DNA of 64,000 bases, taken from Candidatus Humimicrobiaceae bacterium (GTDB taxonomy: Bacteria; Patescibacteriota; Minisyncoccia; Minisyncoccales; DG-74-1). The notes beneath the pieces are model-generated. The model was not told the origin of the DNA. It searched no databases and saw nothing but the letters and a program-made list of their open reading frames with translations. Below, piece after piece: positions 9,843 to 20,194 of the stretch. The first letter of the stretch is position 1; each line of letters starts with the position of its first letter. The stretch spans positions 19,184-83,183 of the forward strand of contig DATKUR010000003.1 of assembly GCA_035530555.1 (NCBI GenBank). The letters run 5' to 3'. Both the position numbers and the translations under genes were made by a program.

Positions 9843-11111
9843 ATGTTCGAAAAAACTACCCTTAGAAACGGCTTGAGAATTATTACTGTTCCTCAAGAAA
9901 CTGCCCAGGCAGTAACCGTTTTGGTTTTGGTCGGCACCGGTTCAAAATATGAAAGAAAAAAAATAAACGGCATTTCCCATTTCTTAGAGCATATGTATTT
10001 TAAGGGGACCGATAGACGTCCAAAGCCCGTAGACGTTGTGGAGCCTTTAGATAAAATAGGTGGAATTTACAACGCCTTTACTTCTCAAGAATTCACTGGC
10101 TATTTTGCAAAAGTGGAAGCGTCTCATTTTGAATTAGCTTTGGATTGGGTTTCAGATATTTTTTTAAATTCTACTCTTCCTGAAAAAGAAATTGAAAAAG
10201 AGAAAAAAGTTATAGTGGAAGAGATTAATATGATTTATGACCATCCAATGGCTTACATCGGGTTTTTGTGGACGAAATTACTATATGGTGACCAGCCGGC
10301 AGGTTGGAATGTAGCCGGAACAAAAGAAAGTATCTCTTTGCTCTCCCGTCAAAAATTAGCAGATTATAGAAAAAAACAATATGTAGCCTCAAACACAATT
10401 TTATGTTTATCTGGTAGCATTAATCAGGGGAAAGCAATAGGTTTAGCTAAAAAATATTTTTCAAAAATAAAAAAGGGAAAACCAGAGAAAAAATTAAAAG
10501 TAATGGAGATTCAAAAAAAACCACGATGTCTTGTGGAAGAAAGAAAAATAGACCAAACCCATCTTTATCTTGGGGTAAGAGGGTTTAATGTTTCACATCC
10601 GCAAAGGCATACTCAAGAAATATTGGGTACTATTTTAGGTGGATCTGGGATGATGAGTTCAAGGCTATTTGTAGAAGTGAGAGAAAAATTAGGCCTGGCC
10701 TACTATATTAGTACCGATATTGAAGAAGACAGCGATACGGGTTTTTTGGTCACGCGAGCTGGTGTTGATAATCAGAGGACGGAAAAAGCAATTGAAATTA
10801 TTTTAAGAGAGTATAAAAAAATATCTGCGATAAAGGTTCCTGAAAAAGAATTAAAAAAAGCAAAGGATAATGTAAAAGGGAAATTAGCCTTGTCATTAGA
10901 AACTTCCGATGCTTTAGCTTCCTTTTATGTTGGACAAGAACTTCTGGAAAAGGAAATTTTAACTCCCGAAGAAATTTATAAAAAAATTGATAAAATTACC
11001 CAAAATGATATTCTAAAAACAGCTAAAGACATTTTTAGACCGGAAAAACTGAATTTAGCCCTGATTGGACCATTTAAGGATAAGACAAAATTTCAACGAT
11101 TATTAAATTAG
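9843..11111 (+). CDS. M16 family zinc peptidase (pitrilysin-like)
   Basis: Inverted zinc motif HFLEHMYFKGT (HxxEH) and a length of 422 aa. Confidence 0.85.
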   Translation: MFEKTTLRNGLRIITVPQETAQAVTVLVLVGTGSKYERKKINGISHFLEHMYFKGTDRRPKPVDVVEPLDKIGGIYNAFTSQEFTGYFAKVEASHFELALDWVSDIFLNSTLPEKEIEKEKKVIVEEINMIYDHPMAYIGFLWTKLLYGDQPAGWNVAGTKESISLLSRQKLADYRKKQYVASNTILCLSGSINQGKAIGLAKKYFSKIKKGKPEKKLKVMEIQKKPRCLVEERKIDQTHLYLGVRGFNVSHPQRHTQEILGTILGGSGMMSSRLFVEVREKLGLAYYISTDIEEDSDTGFLVTRAGVDNQRTEKAIEIILREYKKISAIKVPEKELKKAKDNVKGKLALSLETSDALASFYVGQELLEKEILTPEEIYKKIDKITQNDILKTAKDIFRPEKLNLALIGPFKDKTKFQRLLN

Positions 11112-11158
11112 AACATTTGTTAAAAATTGTAAATTGATAATTGAGAATTAAATCTTTC

Positions 11159-12232
11159 ATGAATAATGAAAAAATTCTAGATATCTCTTGGGGAACGCTT
11201 CTGAAAATTGGAGTTGCTTCTCTCGGTTTTTATATGGTTTATTTGGTTAAAGATATTTTAATTTGGCTTATTTTCGCTTTGATTATTTCAGTTTTATTGA
11301 CACCGGCGATTGATTTTTTACAAAAAAGAAGGGTCCCTCGGACAGCGGCTACTATTTTTGTTTTTATTTTTGTTTTCGGGGCTTTAGGAATTTTAATTTA
11401 CTTGATTGCCCCGGTTTTTATTACTCAAATTCAGGGCTTTGCCGAGCATATCCCACAATATTTTGAAAAATTCTCCCCTCTTTTAAAGGAGCTAGGGCTT
11501 GAAGCTTCTGATAGTTTTGATGTTTTTACGCAGAGTTTCCGAGCGGGATTAGTCCAAGCTTCGGAAAGCATTATTTCTGCCATAGTTTCTATTTTTGGCG
11601 GAATTTTCACTACAATTACTATTTTTATTCTGGCAATTTTTATCTCTTTAGAAGAAAAAGGGATGGAAAGGGCGATTAGAACCCTCTTTCCTAAAAAGCA
11701 AGAAGAAGAAGTCTTGAATATTTGGAAGTCTTGTCAGTTAAAAGTTTCGGGCTGGTTTGGAGCGCGGATTTTAGCTTGTCTTTTTGTTGGCATTATGTCT
11801 TACCTCGCTCTTTGGCTCTGCGACATAAATTATCCCTTTATTCTTGCTTTATTCGCTGGTGTCGCCGATATTATCCCGATTATCGGACCAATAATAGCTG
11901 GAATAGTTATTGCTTTAATTGCCGCCTTCGATTCGCCTTGGATAGCCGTCGTGGTTTTACTTGTTTTTATTATCATTCAACAGATAGAGGGTAATATTTT
12001 AACGCCACTTTTGACTAAAAGATTTATCGGCTTGTCCCCGGCTTTAGTCTTGATTGCCTTGATGATTGGCGGGAAGTTCTGGGGAATTTTAGGGGCAATT
12101 TTAGCCATTCCTTTAGCTGGTATTATCTTTGAATTTACTCGAGACTATTTAAAAAAAAGAAAAGAGGGCGAAATTTCGTCCTCTAGCCAGCCGGCCCCAT
12201 CGGGTAGTCGTAAAAAAAGTATAATTTGGTAA
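11159..12232 (+). CDS. AI-2E family transporter (UPF0118/PerM-like)
   Basis: Multi-TM protein with a pattern typical of the AI-2E family. The ORF extends to a TTG at 11141; the ATG at 11159 was chosen. Confidence 0.8.
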   Translation: MNNEKILDISWGTLLKIGVASLGFYMVYLVKDILIWLIFALIISVLLTPAIDFLQKRRVPRTAATIFVFIFVFGALGILIYLIAPVFITQIQGFAEHIPQYFEKFSPLLKELGLEASDSFDVFTQSFRAGLVQASESIISAIVSIFGGIFTTITIFILAIFISLEEKGMERAIRTLFPKKQEEEVLNIWKSCQLKVSGWFGARILACLFVGIMSYLALWLCDINYPFILALFAGVADIIPIIGPIIAGIVIALIAAFDSPWIAVVVLLVFIIIQQIEGNILTPLLTKRFIGLSPALVLIALMIGGKFWGILGAILAIPLAGIIFEFTRDYLKKRKEGEISSSSQPAPSGSRKKSIIW

Positions 12233-12238
12233 GTCAAG

Positions 12239-12925
12239 ATGGGTATTCTTTATATTGTTGCCACTCCTATTGGAAATTTAGAGGATATTTCACAGCGAGC
12301 CCTCCGCGCCTTAACGGAGGTTGATTTAATTTTGTGCGAAGATACGAGAATAACTAAGAAATTATTAGATCATTACCGGATAAAGACTTCAACCTTAAGT
12401 TATCACCAACACTCAAAAATCCAGAAGATTGAACAGGTTATTGACTTTTTGAAAGAAGGTAAAAACTTGGCCTTAGTTTCTGACGCCGGAACTCCAGGAA
12501 TTTCTGATCCAGGGAATTTATTAATTAAAGAAGCGACTAAGAAATTGGGCACTGAAGTTAGAATTGTACCGATTCCCGGTTCCTCCGCTATTACTTCGGC
12601 GGCTAGCATTTCCGGTTTTCCCATGGATAGGTTTCTATTTTTAGGATTCCCGCCAACCAAGAAAAAGCGAAAGAAATTTTTTGAGGAAATAATAAGCTCA
12701 AAATATCCAGTAATTTTTTATGAGTCGCCCCATCGCATCATAAAAACATTAAAAGAATTAGAGTTAGAGGCTAGGACCTGTAACCCAGAACCTAAAATAT
12801 TGGTTTGTCGGGAACTAACCAAAAAATTTGAAACGATTTACCGCGGAACGATCGAAGAAGTGATAAAACAGATAGAAAAGGATATAATAAAAGGAGAATT
12901 TGTTGTAATTTTTGGAAGATGTTGA
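12239..12925 (+). CDS. rsmI: 16S rRNA (cytidine1402-2'-O)-methyltransferase RsmI
   Basis: MGILYIVATPIGNLEDISQRALRALTEVDLILCEDTR. Confidence 0.9.
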   Translation: MGILYIVATPIGNLEDISQRALRALTEVDLILCEDTRITKKLLDHYRIKTSTLSYHQHSKIQKIEQVIDFLKEGKNLALVSDAGTPGISDPGNLLIKEATKKLGTEVRIVPIPGSSAITSAASISGFPMDRFLFLGFPPTKKKRKKFFEEIISSKYPVIFYESPHRIIKTLKELELEARTCNPEPKILVCRELTKKFETIYRGTIEEVIKQIEKDIIKGEFVVIFGRC

Positions 12926-14328
12926 AAAAAAAGTTTTATATTACAACCAGTATAGCCTATGCTAATATGTCGCCCCATCTCGGGTTTGCTTTAGAATTAG
13001 TTCAGGCAGATGTTTTGGCCCGATATCATCGGATATCGGGTGGAGGCGTCTTTTTTTTAACCGGAACCGATGAACACGGAAGAAAAGTGGCCGAAGCGGC
13101 AGAAAAAATTGGTAAATCGCCGGCAAAATTCAGTAGCGAGATTGCCAGTCAATTTAAGGCACTAACAAAAATTTTAAATCTCTCTAACAATGATTTTATT
13201 CGGACGACTGACAAAAAACGCCACTGGCCCGTTGTCAAAAAAATCTGGCTGGGACTAAAGAAAAAAGGCGATATCTATAAGAAGAAATACAAAGGATTAT
13301 ATTGTGTGGGCTGCGAAGCGTTTATTACAAAAAAAGATTTAAAAGAAAGGAGGTGCGTCATTCATCAGAAAGAACCGGAAGAAGTCGAAGAAGAAAATTA
13401 TTTCTTCCGACTTTCCAAATATTCAGAAAAAATAAAAAAAATTATCAAAAATAGCGAAATCAAAATAATTCCTGAGTCTCGAAAAAATGAAATGTTAAGT
13501 TTTGCTAAACAGGGATTGGAAGATATTAGCTTTTCTCGGCCGAGAAAAGACTTAAAATGGGGAATTCCTGTTCCTGACGACGATGACCACACTGTTTATT
13601 GTTGGGCGGATGCCTTAACGAATTATCTTTCCGGAGCTCCGGGATGTTGGCCGGCGAATGTACAATGCATTGGTAAGGATATCCAAAAATTCCATTGCCT
13701 CATTTGGCCCGGCATGCTCCTTTCTTTAGGTTTAGCGTTGCCTAAGGTTATTTTTGTCCACGGATTTATTACGGTTGCCGGTCAGAAAATGTCAAAGAGC
13801 TTGGGGAATGTTGTTGACCCCTTTAAGTTAGTGGATAAATACGGTACCGATTCCGTAAGATATTTTCTTTTGAGGGAAATTCCGTCGACAGAAGACGGAG
13901 ACTTTACGCTGCAGAAATTTGAAGGGCGCTATAACTCAGATCTTGCTTCCGGGCTTGGTAATTTGGTAGCCAGGGTTATCACCCTGGAGGCCAAATTCAA
14001 AGCTCAAAATGCAGAAGCTAAGATTACAAGTCAAAATTTAAAATCAGCTATAAAAAACACTCAAAAGCAATATAAAAAAGTTTTTAGAGAATTCAGGTTT
14101 AACGAAGCGTTGGTTGCGACTTGGGGTCTGGTTAGTTTTTGTGACAGATATATTGAAAAAGAGCATCCCTGGAAAGAAGGCAAGAAGCAAAAAATGGTTA
14201 TTAGCGATTTGTTACTGGCAATCTTAGAAATAGCAAAATTATTAGAGCCATTCTTACCCGAAACTTCAGAAAAAATAATAAAACAATTAAAAACTAAAAA
14301 AAGCCATCCTTTATTCCCAAGGGTTTAA
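12919..14328 (+). CDS. metG: methionyl-tRNA synthetase (short form)
   Basis: YITTSIAYANMSPHLGFALE (HIGH region) and KMSKSLGNVVDP. It overlaps the rsmI stop. Confidence 0.9.
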   Translation: MLKKKFYITTSIAYANMSPHLGFALELVQADVLARYHRISGGGVFFLTGTDEHGRKVAEAAEKIGKSPAKFSSEIASQFKALTKILNLSNNDFIRTTDKKRHWPVVKKIWLGLKKKGDIYKKKYKGLYCVGCEAFITKKDLKERRCVIHQKEPEEVEEENYFFRLSKYSEKIKKIIKNSEIKIIPESRKNEMLSFAKQGLEDISFSRPRKDLKWGIPVPDDDDHTVYCWADALTNYLSGAPGCWPANVQCIGKDIQKFHCLIWPGMLLSLGLALPKVIFVHGFITVAGQKMSKSLGNVVDPFKLVDKYGTDSVRYFLLREIPSTEDGDFTLQKFEGRYNSDLASGLGNLVARVITLEAKFKAQNAEAKITSQNLKSAIKNTQKQYKKVFREFRFNEALVATWGLVSFCDRYIEKEHPWKEGKKQKMVISDLLLAILEIAKLLEPFLPETSEKIIKQLKTKKSHPLFPRV

Positions 14329-14385
14329 CTTATGCTGATGGACTAAAATTCATTTCTCAATTCAATAAATTTTCAATTTATTTTA

Positions 14386-15144
14386 ATGATTGACACTCAT
14401 GCTCATGTAAATTTTGAAGCGTATAAAGATGATGCCGACGAAGTGATTCGTCGGTCTTTAGATAGTGACACATGGATTATTAATGTTGGTTCTCAATACT
14501 CGACCAGTAAAAGAGCGATTGAGCTCGCTGAAAAATACGGAAAAGGGGTTTATGCCGCTATCGGACTCCATTCCATTTATGCTCGAGACGGATTCGATTA
14601 TAAAAAATATGAGCGACTAACTCAATCACCCAAGGTTGTAGCCATCGGAGAAATCGGACTGGATCATAAAGAGGAATACGCCTCTTTTAAGAAAGAACAA
14701 AAAGAAATTTTTTTAAAGCAATTAGAGTTAGCAAAGGAGCTACATTTGCCAATAATTTTCCATTGCCGTATGGCACATAAAGACTTAATAGAAACCCTTA
14801 ATAAATGGAAGGCAGCGGGCAGCGAACAATTGAAAGGAGTGGTACACTGTTTTACTGGTACTTGGAACCAGGCAGAAAAATATTTAGCAATGGGTCTTTA
14901 TTTAGGATTCAACGGGATAATTTTTAAAATGAATTTAGATGATATAATAGAGAAAACGCCTTTAGATAAAATTCTAATTGAAACTGATTGTCCTTATTTA
15001 ACACCTCCATCAGCTGGAGTTAAGAGAAATGAACCTATATACGTAAGATATATAGCTGAAAAAATTGCCCAGATTAAGAGTATAGGCTATGAAGAAATAT
15101 CTAAAATAACTACCGAAAATGCCAAAAAATTATTTAAAATCTAA
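14386..15144 (+). CDS. tatD: TatD family hydrolase/DNase
   Basis: MIDTHAHVNFEAY... Confidence 0.9.
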   Translation: MIDTHAHVNFEAYKDDADEVIRRSLDSDTWIINVGSQYSTSKRAIELAEKYGKGVYAAIGLHSIYARDGFDYKKYERLTQSPKVVAIGEIGLDHKEEYASFKKEQKEIFLKQLELAKELHLPIIFHCRMAHKDLIETLNKWKAAGSEQLKGVVHCFTGTWNQAEKYLAMGLYLGFNGIIFKMNLDDIIEKTPLDKILIETDCPYLTPPSAGVKRNEPIYVRYIAEKIAQIKSIGYEEISKITTENAKKLFKI

Positions 15145-15919
15145 TCCCAAAATTGCCATTATTGGAGGGAGCGGGATTTATGACCCGAAGATTTTCAAAA
15201 AGGAGAAAGAAATAAAAATTAAAACTCCCTTTGGGTACCCTTCGACTCCTATTGAAATTGGAGATTTTGTGGGTAAAAGAATTGCCTTTTTGGCAAGACA
15301 TGGGAAATCTCATCAATTCCCTCCTCATAAAGTTCCTCAAAAAGCTAATATCTGGGCTTTAAGAAAAATACAGATAGAGAGGATAATTGGAATTTGTGCC
15401 GTCGGTTCTTTGAGGAAGAGTTTTAAACCAGGAGATATTGTTATTTGCGATCAATTTATTGATTTTACTAAAAAGAGAGAATATACATTCTACGATAAGG
15501 AAGCAGTTCATGTTTCCCTAGCTGACCCATTTTGTTCTGAATTGAGAAATTTATTTTGTAAAGAAGCGAAAAAACTAAAAATTCCAGTGCATCAAAAGGG
15601 AACTTATATTTGTATTGAGGGGCCAAGGTTTTCAACTAGAGCTGAATCGAAATTTTTCAGAAATTCCGCCGATGTTATTGGAATGACTCTAATTCCTGAA
15701 GCAATTTTGGCCAGAGAGCAGGAAATTTGCTATTTGTCTTTAGCGATGATTAGCGATTTTGATGTTTGGGCTGAGCGTCCCGTAGAATTTCAAGAGATAT
15801 TAAGAACAATGAGGGGAAATATAGAAAAAATTAAAAAACTTTTGCAGACCGCTATTCCTAAAATTAAGAAAGAAAGAAATTGTCTTTGTAAGGCTGCTTT
15901 AAAAAATGCTCAAGTTTGA
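15119..15919 (+). CDS. mtnP: 5'-methylthioadenosine/purine nucleoside phosphorylase
   Basis: IAIIGGSGIYD...ARHGKSHQFPPHKVP...GICAVGSL. The ATG at 15119 overlaps the tatD end by 26 nt. Confidence 0.8.
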   Translation: MPKNYLKSNPKIAIIGGSGIYDPKIFKKEKEIKIKTPFGYPSTPIEIGDFVGKRIAFLARHGKSHQFPPHKVPQKANIWALRKIQIERIIGICAVGSLRKSFKPGDIVICDQFIDFTKKREYTFYDKEAVHVSLADPFCSELRNLFCKEAKKLKIPVHQKGTYICIEGPRFSTRAESKFFRNSADVIGMTLIPEAILAREQEICYLSLAMISDFDVWAERPVEFQEILRTMRGNIEKIKKLLQTAIPKIKKERNCLCKAALKNAQV

Positions 15920-15946
15920 CATGTCTTAAGAATAAATTAAAACAAT

Positions 15947-18343
15947 ATGAGTTATAATCCACAGGAATTTGAGAAAAAGTGGCAGGATTATTGGGAAAAG
16001 AATAATCTCTTTCGGGCAGAGGATTTTTCTAAAAAACCTAAAAAATATATTTTAGTTGAATTTCCCTATCCTTCGGGTGACGGTCTCCATGTCGGCCACG
16101 CCCGGGGCTACTCAGCCTTAGATGCGATAGCTCGTAAAAGGAGAATGGAAGGATATAACGTTTTGTTTCCTATCGGCTGGGATGCTTTTGGCTTGCCAAC
16201 AGAGAACTACGCTATCAAAACCGGCATTCATCCTAAAAAAGTAACCGAAGAAAATACCACTAACTTTAAAAGACAGTTAAAATCCTTAGGTCTTTCTTTT
16301 GATTGGTCGAAAGAGATTAATACTACCAATTCTAAATACTACAAATGGACCCAATGGATTTTTCTTAAACTTTTTGAAAAGGGTTTAGCTTATCAGGCCG
16401 AAATACCGGTTAATTGGTGTCCTTCCTGCAAAATTGGATTAGCCAATGAAGAAGTAGTAGGGGGTGCTTGTGAGCGTTGCGGAACTACCGCAGAGAAAAA
16501 AGTTCTGAAACAATGGATGTTGAAAATTACAGCTTATGCTGACAGACTGGTAGAAGACTTAGAAAAAGTTGATTATTTAGATAAAATTAAGACCCAGCAG
16601 ATTAATTGGATAGGTAAAAGCCGTGGTACAGAAATTGATTTTAGGATTGAAGATTCAAAAGAGGTAATTCAGGTTTTTACTACCAGAACTGATACTCTTT
16701 TTGGCGTAACGGCAGTGGTTATCTCTCCAGAAAGCCCTTTAGTTGGAAGACTAATCAGGTTAGAACAAAAAGAAGAAGCCGAAAGATACATTACTGAAGC
16801 TAAAAAGAAGAGTGATTTTGAAAGAGAAAAATTAGAAAAGGAGAAAGCTGGAGTTTTTACGGGGTCTTATTGTGTTAATCCTGGAAATTCTGAAAAAATT
16901 CCAATCTGGATAGGAGATTATGTAATATTTACTTATGGTGGGGGGGCCGTGATGGTAGTTCCGGCCCACGATTACCGGGATTACGATTTTGCTAAGAAAT
17001 ATGATTTAGAAATCAGAGAAGTTATTTCTGGTAGTGATATTTCTAAAGAGGCTTTTGTAGATTATGGGAAGTTGGTCAATTCCGGCCAGTTCAATGGATT
17101 ATCTTCCCAAGAAGCAATTGGAAAAATTACAGATTGGCTACAAAAAAAAGGTCTTGGCAGGAAAAAAGTCCAGTATAAACTGCGAGACTGGGTTTTCTCC
17201 CGTCAGCATTATTGGGGCGAGCCAATTCCGATTATTCATTGTCAGAGATGCGGCACTGTCCCCGTACCAGAGAAAGATTTGCCGGTCGAGCTGCCCTATG
17301 TTGAAAAATATCAGCCAACCGGGACTGGTGAATCTCCCTTAGCCGCTGTTTCTGAGTGGGTTGATACTAAATGTCCCAAATGTGGAGGCAAGGCTGAAAG
17401 AGAAACGGATACTATGCCCAATTGGGCGGGTTCAAATTGGTATTTTCTTCGTTATACCGACCCCGATAATAATAAAGAGTTAGCCGATAAAAAGAAAATA
17501 AAATACTGGTTACCGGTTGATTGGTACAACGGCGGTATGGAGCACACCACCTTACATTTATTGTATTCTCGCTTTATCTATAAATTTCTTTACGATATTA
17601 AAATAGTCCCGCAGCCCGAACCATATCAAAAAAGAACCTCTCATGGTATGGTTCTAGCCGAAGACGGCAGAAAAATGTCAAAATCTTTCGGTAATACCAT
17701 TAATCCCGATGAAATCGTCAATAAATATGGTGCTGATACCTTAAGGGTTTATGAAATGTTTATGGGACCTTTCGATCAGGCGATTACCTGGAGTACCCAG
17801 GGAGTAAAAGGGGTTTATAGATTCTTGGAGAAGGTTTGGCGGCTGGTTTCTCAGTGCGCCGAAAACAAGAAAAGTAGTCCAGAAATTTTAAGAGCCATAC
17901 ACAAACTAAATAAAAAAATAGATGAAGATTTAGAAGCAACAAAATTTAATACGGCCGTAGCCGCTTTTATGGAATTTATTAATTTATGCCAGGAAAGAAA
18001 GGAAGAAGTTGGGAAAGAAACACTTGAATGCATGTTGACCTTGCTCTATCCTTTAGCGCCTCATATTTCAGAAGAACTTTGGAGCTTATTGGGTCAGAAA
18101 GAAAGCATCGCTTTTCAAAAATGGCCCGAATATGACTCTAAATTAATTAAGGAGGAAACGATAACCTTGGTTATTCAGATTAATGGTAAGGTTAGAGATA
18201 AAATTGAAGTCGAGGCTAATATTTCTGAAGAAAAAGCGCGTACCCTTGCAATCTCTCAAGAAAAGATTAAAAATAGGATATCTGGCAAAAAAATCAGAAA
18301 AATTATTTTTGTTCCCGGTAAGTTAATCAACGTCGTCATATAA
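15947..18343 (+). CDS. leuS: leucyl-tRNA synthetase
   Basis: YPSGDGLHVGHARGYSALDAIARKRRMEGYNVLFPIGWDAFGLP and KMSKSFGNTINP. Confidence 0.95.
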   Translation: MSYNPQEFEKKWQDYWEKNNLFRAEDFSKKPKKYILVEFPYPSGDGLHVGHARGYSALDAIARKRRMEGYNVLFPIGWDAFGLPTENYAIKTGIHPKKVTEENTTNFKRQLKSLGLSFDWSKEINTTNSKYYKWTQWIFLKLFEKGLAYQAEIPVNWCPSCKIGLANEEVVGGACERCGTTAEKKVLKQWMLKITAYADRLVEDLEKVDYLDKIKTQQINWIGKSRGTEIDFRIEDSKEVIQVFTTRTDTLFGVTAVVISPESPLVGRLIRLEQKEEAERYITEAKKKSDFEREKLEKEKAGVFTGSYCVNPGNSEKIPIWIGDYVIFTYGGGAVMVVPAHDYRDYDFAKKYDLEIREVISGSDISKEAFVDYGKLVNSGQFNGLSSQEAIGKITDWLQKKGLGRKKVQYKLRDWVFSRQHYWGEPIPIIHCQRCGTVPVPEKDLPVELPYVEKYQPTGTGESPLAAVSEWVDTKCPKCGGKAERETDTMPNWAGSNWYFLRYTDPDNNKELADKKKIKYWLPVDWYNGGMEHTTLHLLYSRFIYKFLYDIKIVPQPEPYQKRTSHGMVLAEDGRKMSKSFGNTINPDEIVNKYGADTLRVYEMFMGPFDQAITWSTQGVKGVYRFLEKVWRLVSQCAENKKSSPEILRAIHKLNKKIDEDLEATKFNTAVAAFMEFINLCQERKEEVGKETLECMLTLLYPLAPHISEELWSLLGQKESIAFQKWPEYDSKLIKEETITLVIQINGKVRDKIEVEANISEEKARTLAISQEKIKNRISGKKIRKIIFVPGKLINVVI

Positions 18344-18350
18344 ATAAAAT

Positions 18351-20180
18351 ATGTGTGGTATAGTCGGTTATATCTCAAAAAAAGAAAATCCGAATACCCT
18401 TAAGTTGGGATTAGAAGCCCTAAAAAGACTGGAATATCGCGGTTATGACTCCGCCGGTTTTGCCTTTTGGGACGGAAAGAAAAAAGAGATTATTTGTCAG
18501 AGAGCAGTAGGGAAAATTATTAATCTGGAAAAAAAGGTAAATAATAATTATACTTCCGTTTTTGCGAACCCCATTATTTTACATACTCGCTGGGCGACTC
18601 ATGGAGGAGTAACCGAAAATAATGCCCATCCTCATTTTGATTGTCAAAAGAATATCTATTTAGTTCATAATGGTATTATTGAAAACTATGTTGAGTTGAA
18701 AAAAGAATTGCTTAAGGAGGGGCATCAATTTTCTTCAGACACTGATACCGAAGTAGTGGTTCATCTCATTGAGAAATTTTTTCAGGGAAATTTAGAAGAA
18801 GCTGTCAGAAAAGCTCTCAGTCGCCTTAAAGGAACTTATGGTTTGATTGTCATGTCTAAAAAAGACCCAAATAAAATTATTGCTGCTAAATTGGGCAGCC
18901 CTCTACTTTTAGGCTTGGGAGAAAATGAATTTTTGGTTGCCTCTGATCCAGCTGCTGTTATTGCGCATACTAAAAAAGTCATTTATCTTGACGATGGAGA
19001 AATAGCCACTGTTACGCCGGATAATTTTTTTATTCTCAAAGAAAAACAACCAGAGGAAATAGAATGGGAGTTAGAAGAAGCTCAGAGGGGCGAATATCCA
19101 CACTTTATGTTAAAAGAAATTATGGAAGAACCGGAAGCGATTGAAAATGCCATCAGGGGTAGATTATTAGAAGAAGATGGGGCGGTAAAACTGGGAAGTT
19201 TGGACAGCCTGTCAGAGAGATTAAGAAGAATGAACCGTTTAGTTTTGGTTGCTTGCGGTACGGCAGGTTATGCTACGCAGGTTGGCAGATATATGTTTGA
19301 AGAATATGCCGGCATTCCGGCTGAAGTAGATTTGGGTTCGGAATTTCGTTGCCGAAAATCAATTTTGAGTAAAGATACGGCGGTTATTTTTGTTTCCCAA
19401 TCTGGAGAAACAGCCGATACCTTAGCTTCTTTAAAAGAAGCTAAAAAGAAGGGAAATTTAACAATCGGAATTACTAACGTTGTAGGTTCAACTCAAGCCA
19501 GAGAGACAGATGCCGGTTTTTACACCTATTCAGGCCCCGAAATTGCTGTTGCTTCTACTAAAGCATTTATTGGACAATTAACTTCTTTGGCATTATTAAC
19601 AGTATATTTGGGCAGACAAAGAGAGATGTCTTTGGTAACTGGGAAAAGGATCGTTTCTGAACTTAAGAAATTACCAGACTTGGCCCGAGAGGTTTTGAAA
19701 CAATCCCCCCGAATAAAGGAAATAGCTGAAAAATATAAAGATTTTAAAAATTTTTGGTTTATCGGTAGAAAATATAACTATCCTATTGCTTTAGAAGGGG
19801 CGTTAAAATTAAAAGAAATTTCTTATTTGCATGCTGAAGGAGTTAGAGGGGGCGAACTAAAACACGGTCCGATTGCTTTGATAGATGAGAATTTCCCAAC
19901 CGTGGCAGTTTGTCTTTCAGATTCGGTTTATGAAAAGATGTTTTCTAATATTCAAGAAATTAAAGCCAGGAAGGGTCCAGTTATTGCCATAGCTACTCAG
20001 GGGAATGAGGAAATAAAAAAGATAACCGATGACGTCGTCTATATTCCGAAAACCTTAGAAATGCTCACTCCTATTTTGGCTATTATTCCTTTGCACCTTT
20101 TCGCTTATTATATAGCCACATTGCTCGGTTGTGACATAGACAAGCCAAGAAATCTTGCCAAGTCAGTAACGGTAGAGTAA
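18351..20180 (+). CDS. glmS: glutamine--fructose-6-phosphate aminotransferase
   Basis: MCGIVGYI N-terminal nucleophile and two SIS domains over 609 aa. Confidence 0.95.
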   Translation: MCGIVGYISKKENPNTLKLGLEALKRLEYRGYDSAGFAFWDGKKKEIICQRAVGKIINLEKKVNNNYTSVFANPIILHTRWATHGGVTENNAHPHFDCQKNIYLVHNGIIENYVELKKELLKEGHQFSSDTDTEVVVHLIEKFFQGNLEEAVRKALSRLKGTYGLIVMSKKDPNKIIAAKLGSPLLLGLGENEFLVASDPAAVIAHTKKVIYLDDGEIATVTPDNFFILKEKQPEEIEWELEEAQRGEYPHFMLKEIMEEPEAIENAIRGRLLEEDGAVKLGSLDSLSERLRRMNRLVLVACGTAGYATQVGRYMFEEYAGIPAEVDLGSEFRCRKSILSKDTAVIFVSQSGETADTLASLKEAKKKGNLTIGITNVVGSTQARETDAGFYTYSGPEIAVASTKAFIGQLTSLALLTVYLGRQREMSLVTGKRIVSELKKLPDLAREVLKQSPRIKEIAEKYKDFKNFWFIGRKYNYPIALEGALKLKEISYLHAEGVRGGELKHGPIALIDENFPTVAVCLSDSVYEKMFSNIQEIKARKGPVIAIATQGNEEIKKITDDVVYIPKTLEMLTPILAIIPLHLFAYYIATLLGCDIDKPRNLAKSVTVE

Positions 20181-20194
20181 AATATAAATATTGT

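Noticed and set aside
15119-15144. Possible mis-start of mtnP because it overlaps tatD by 26 nt
   Set aside because: There is no alternative ATG, GTG or TTG downstream before the conserved IAIIGGSG. Overlapping starts are common throughout this window, so the ATG at 15119 was kept.
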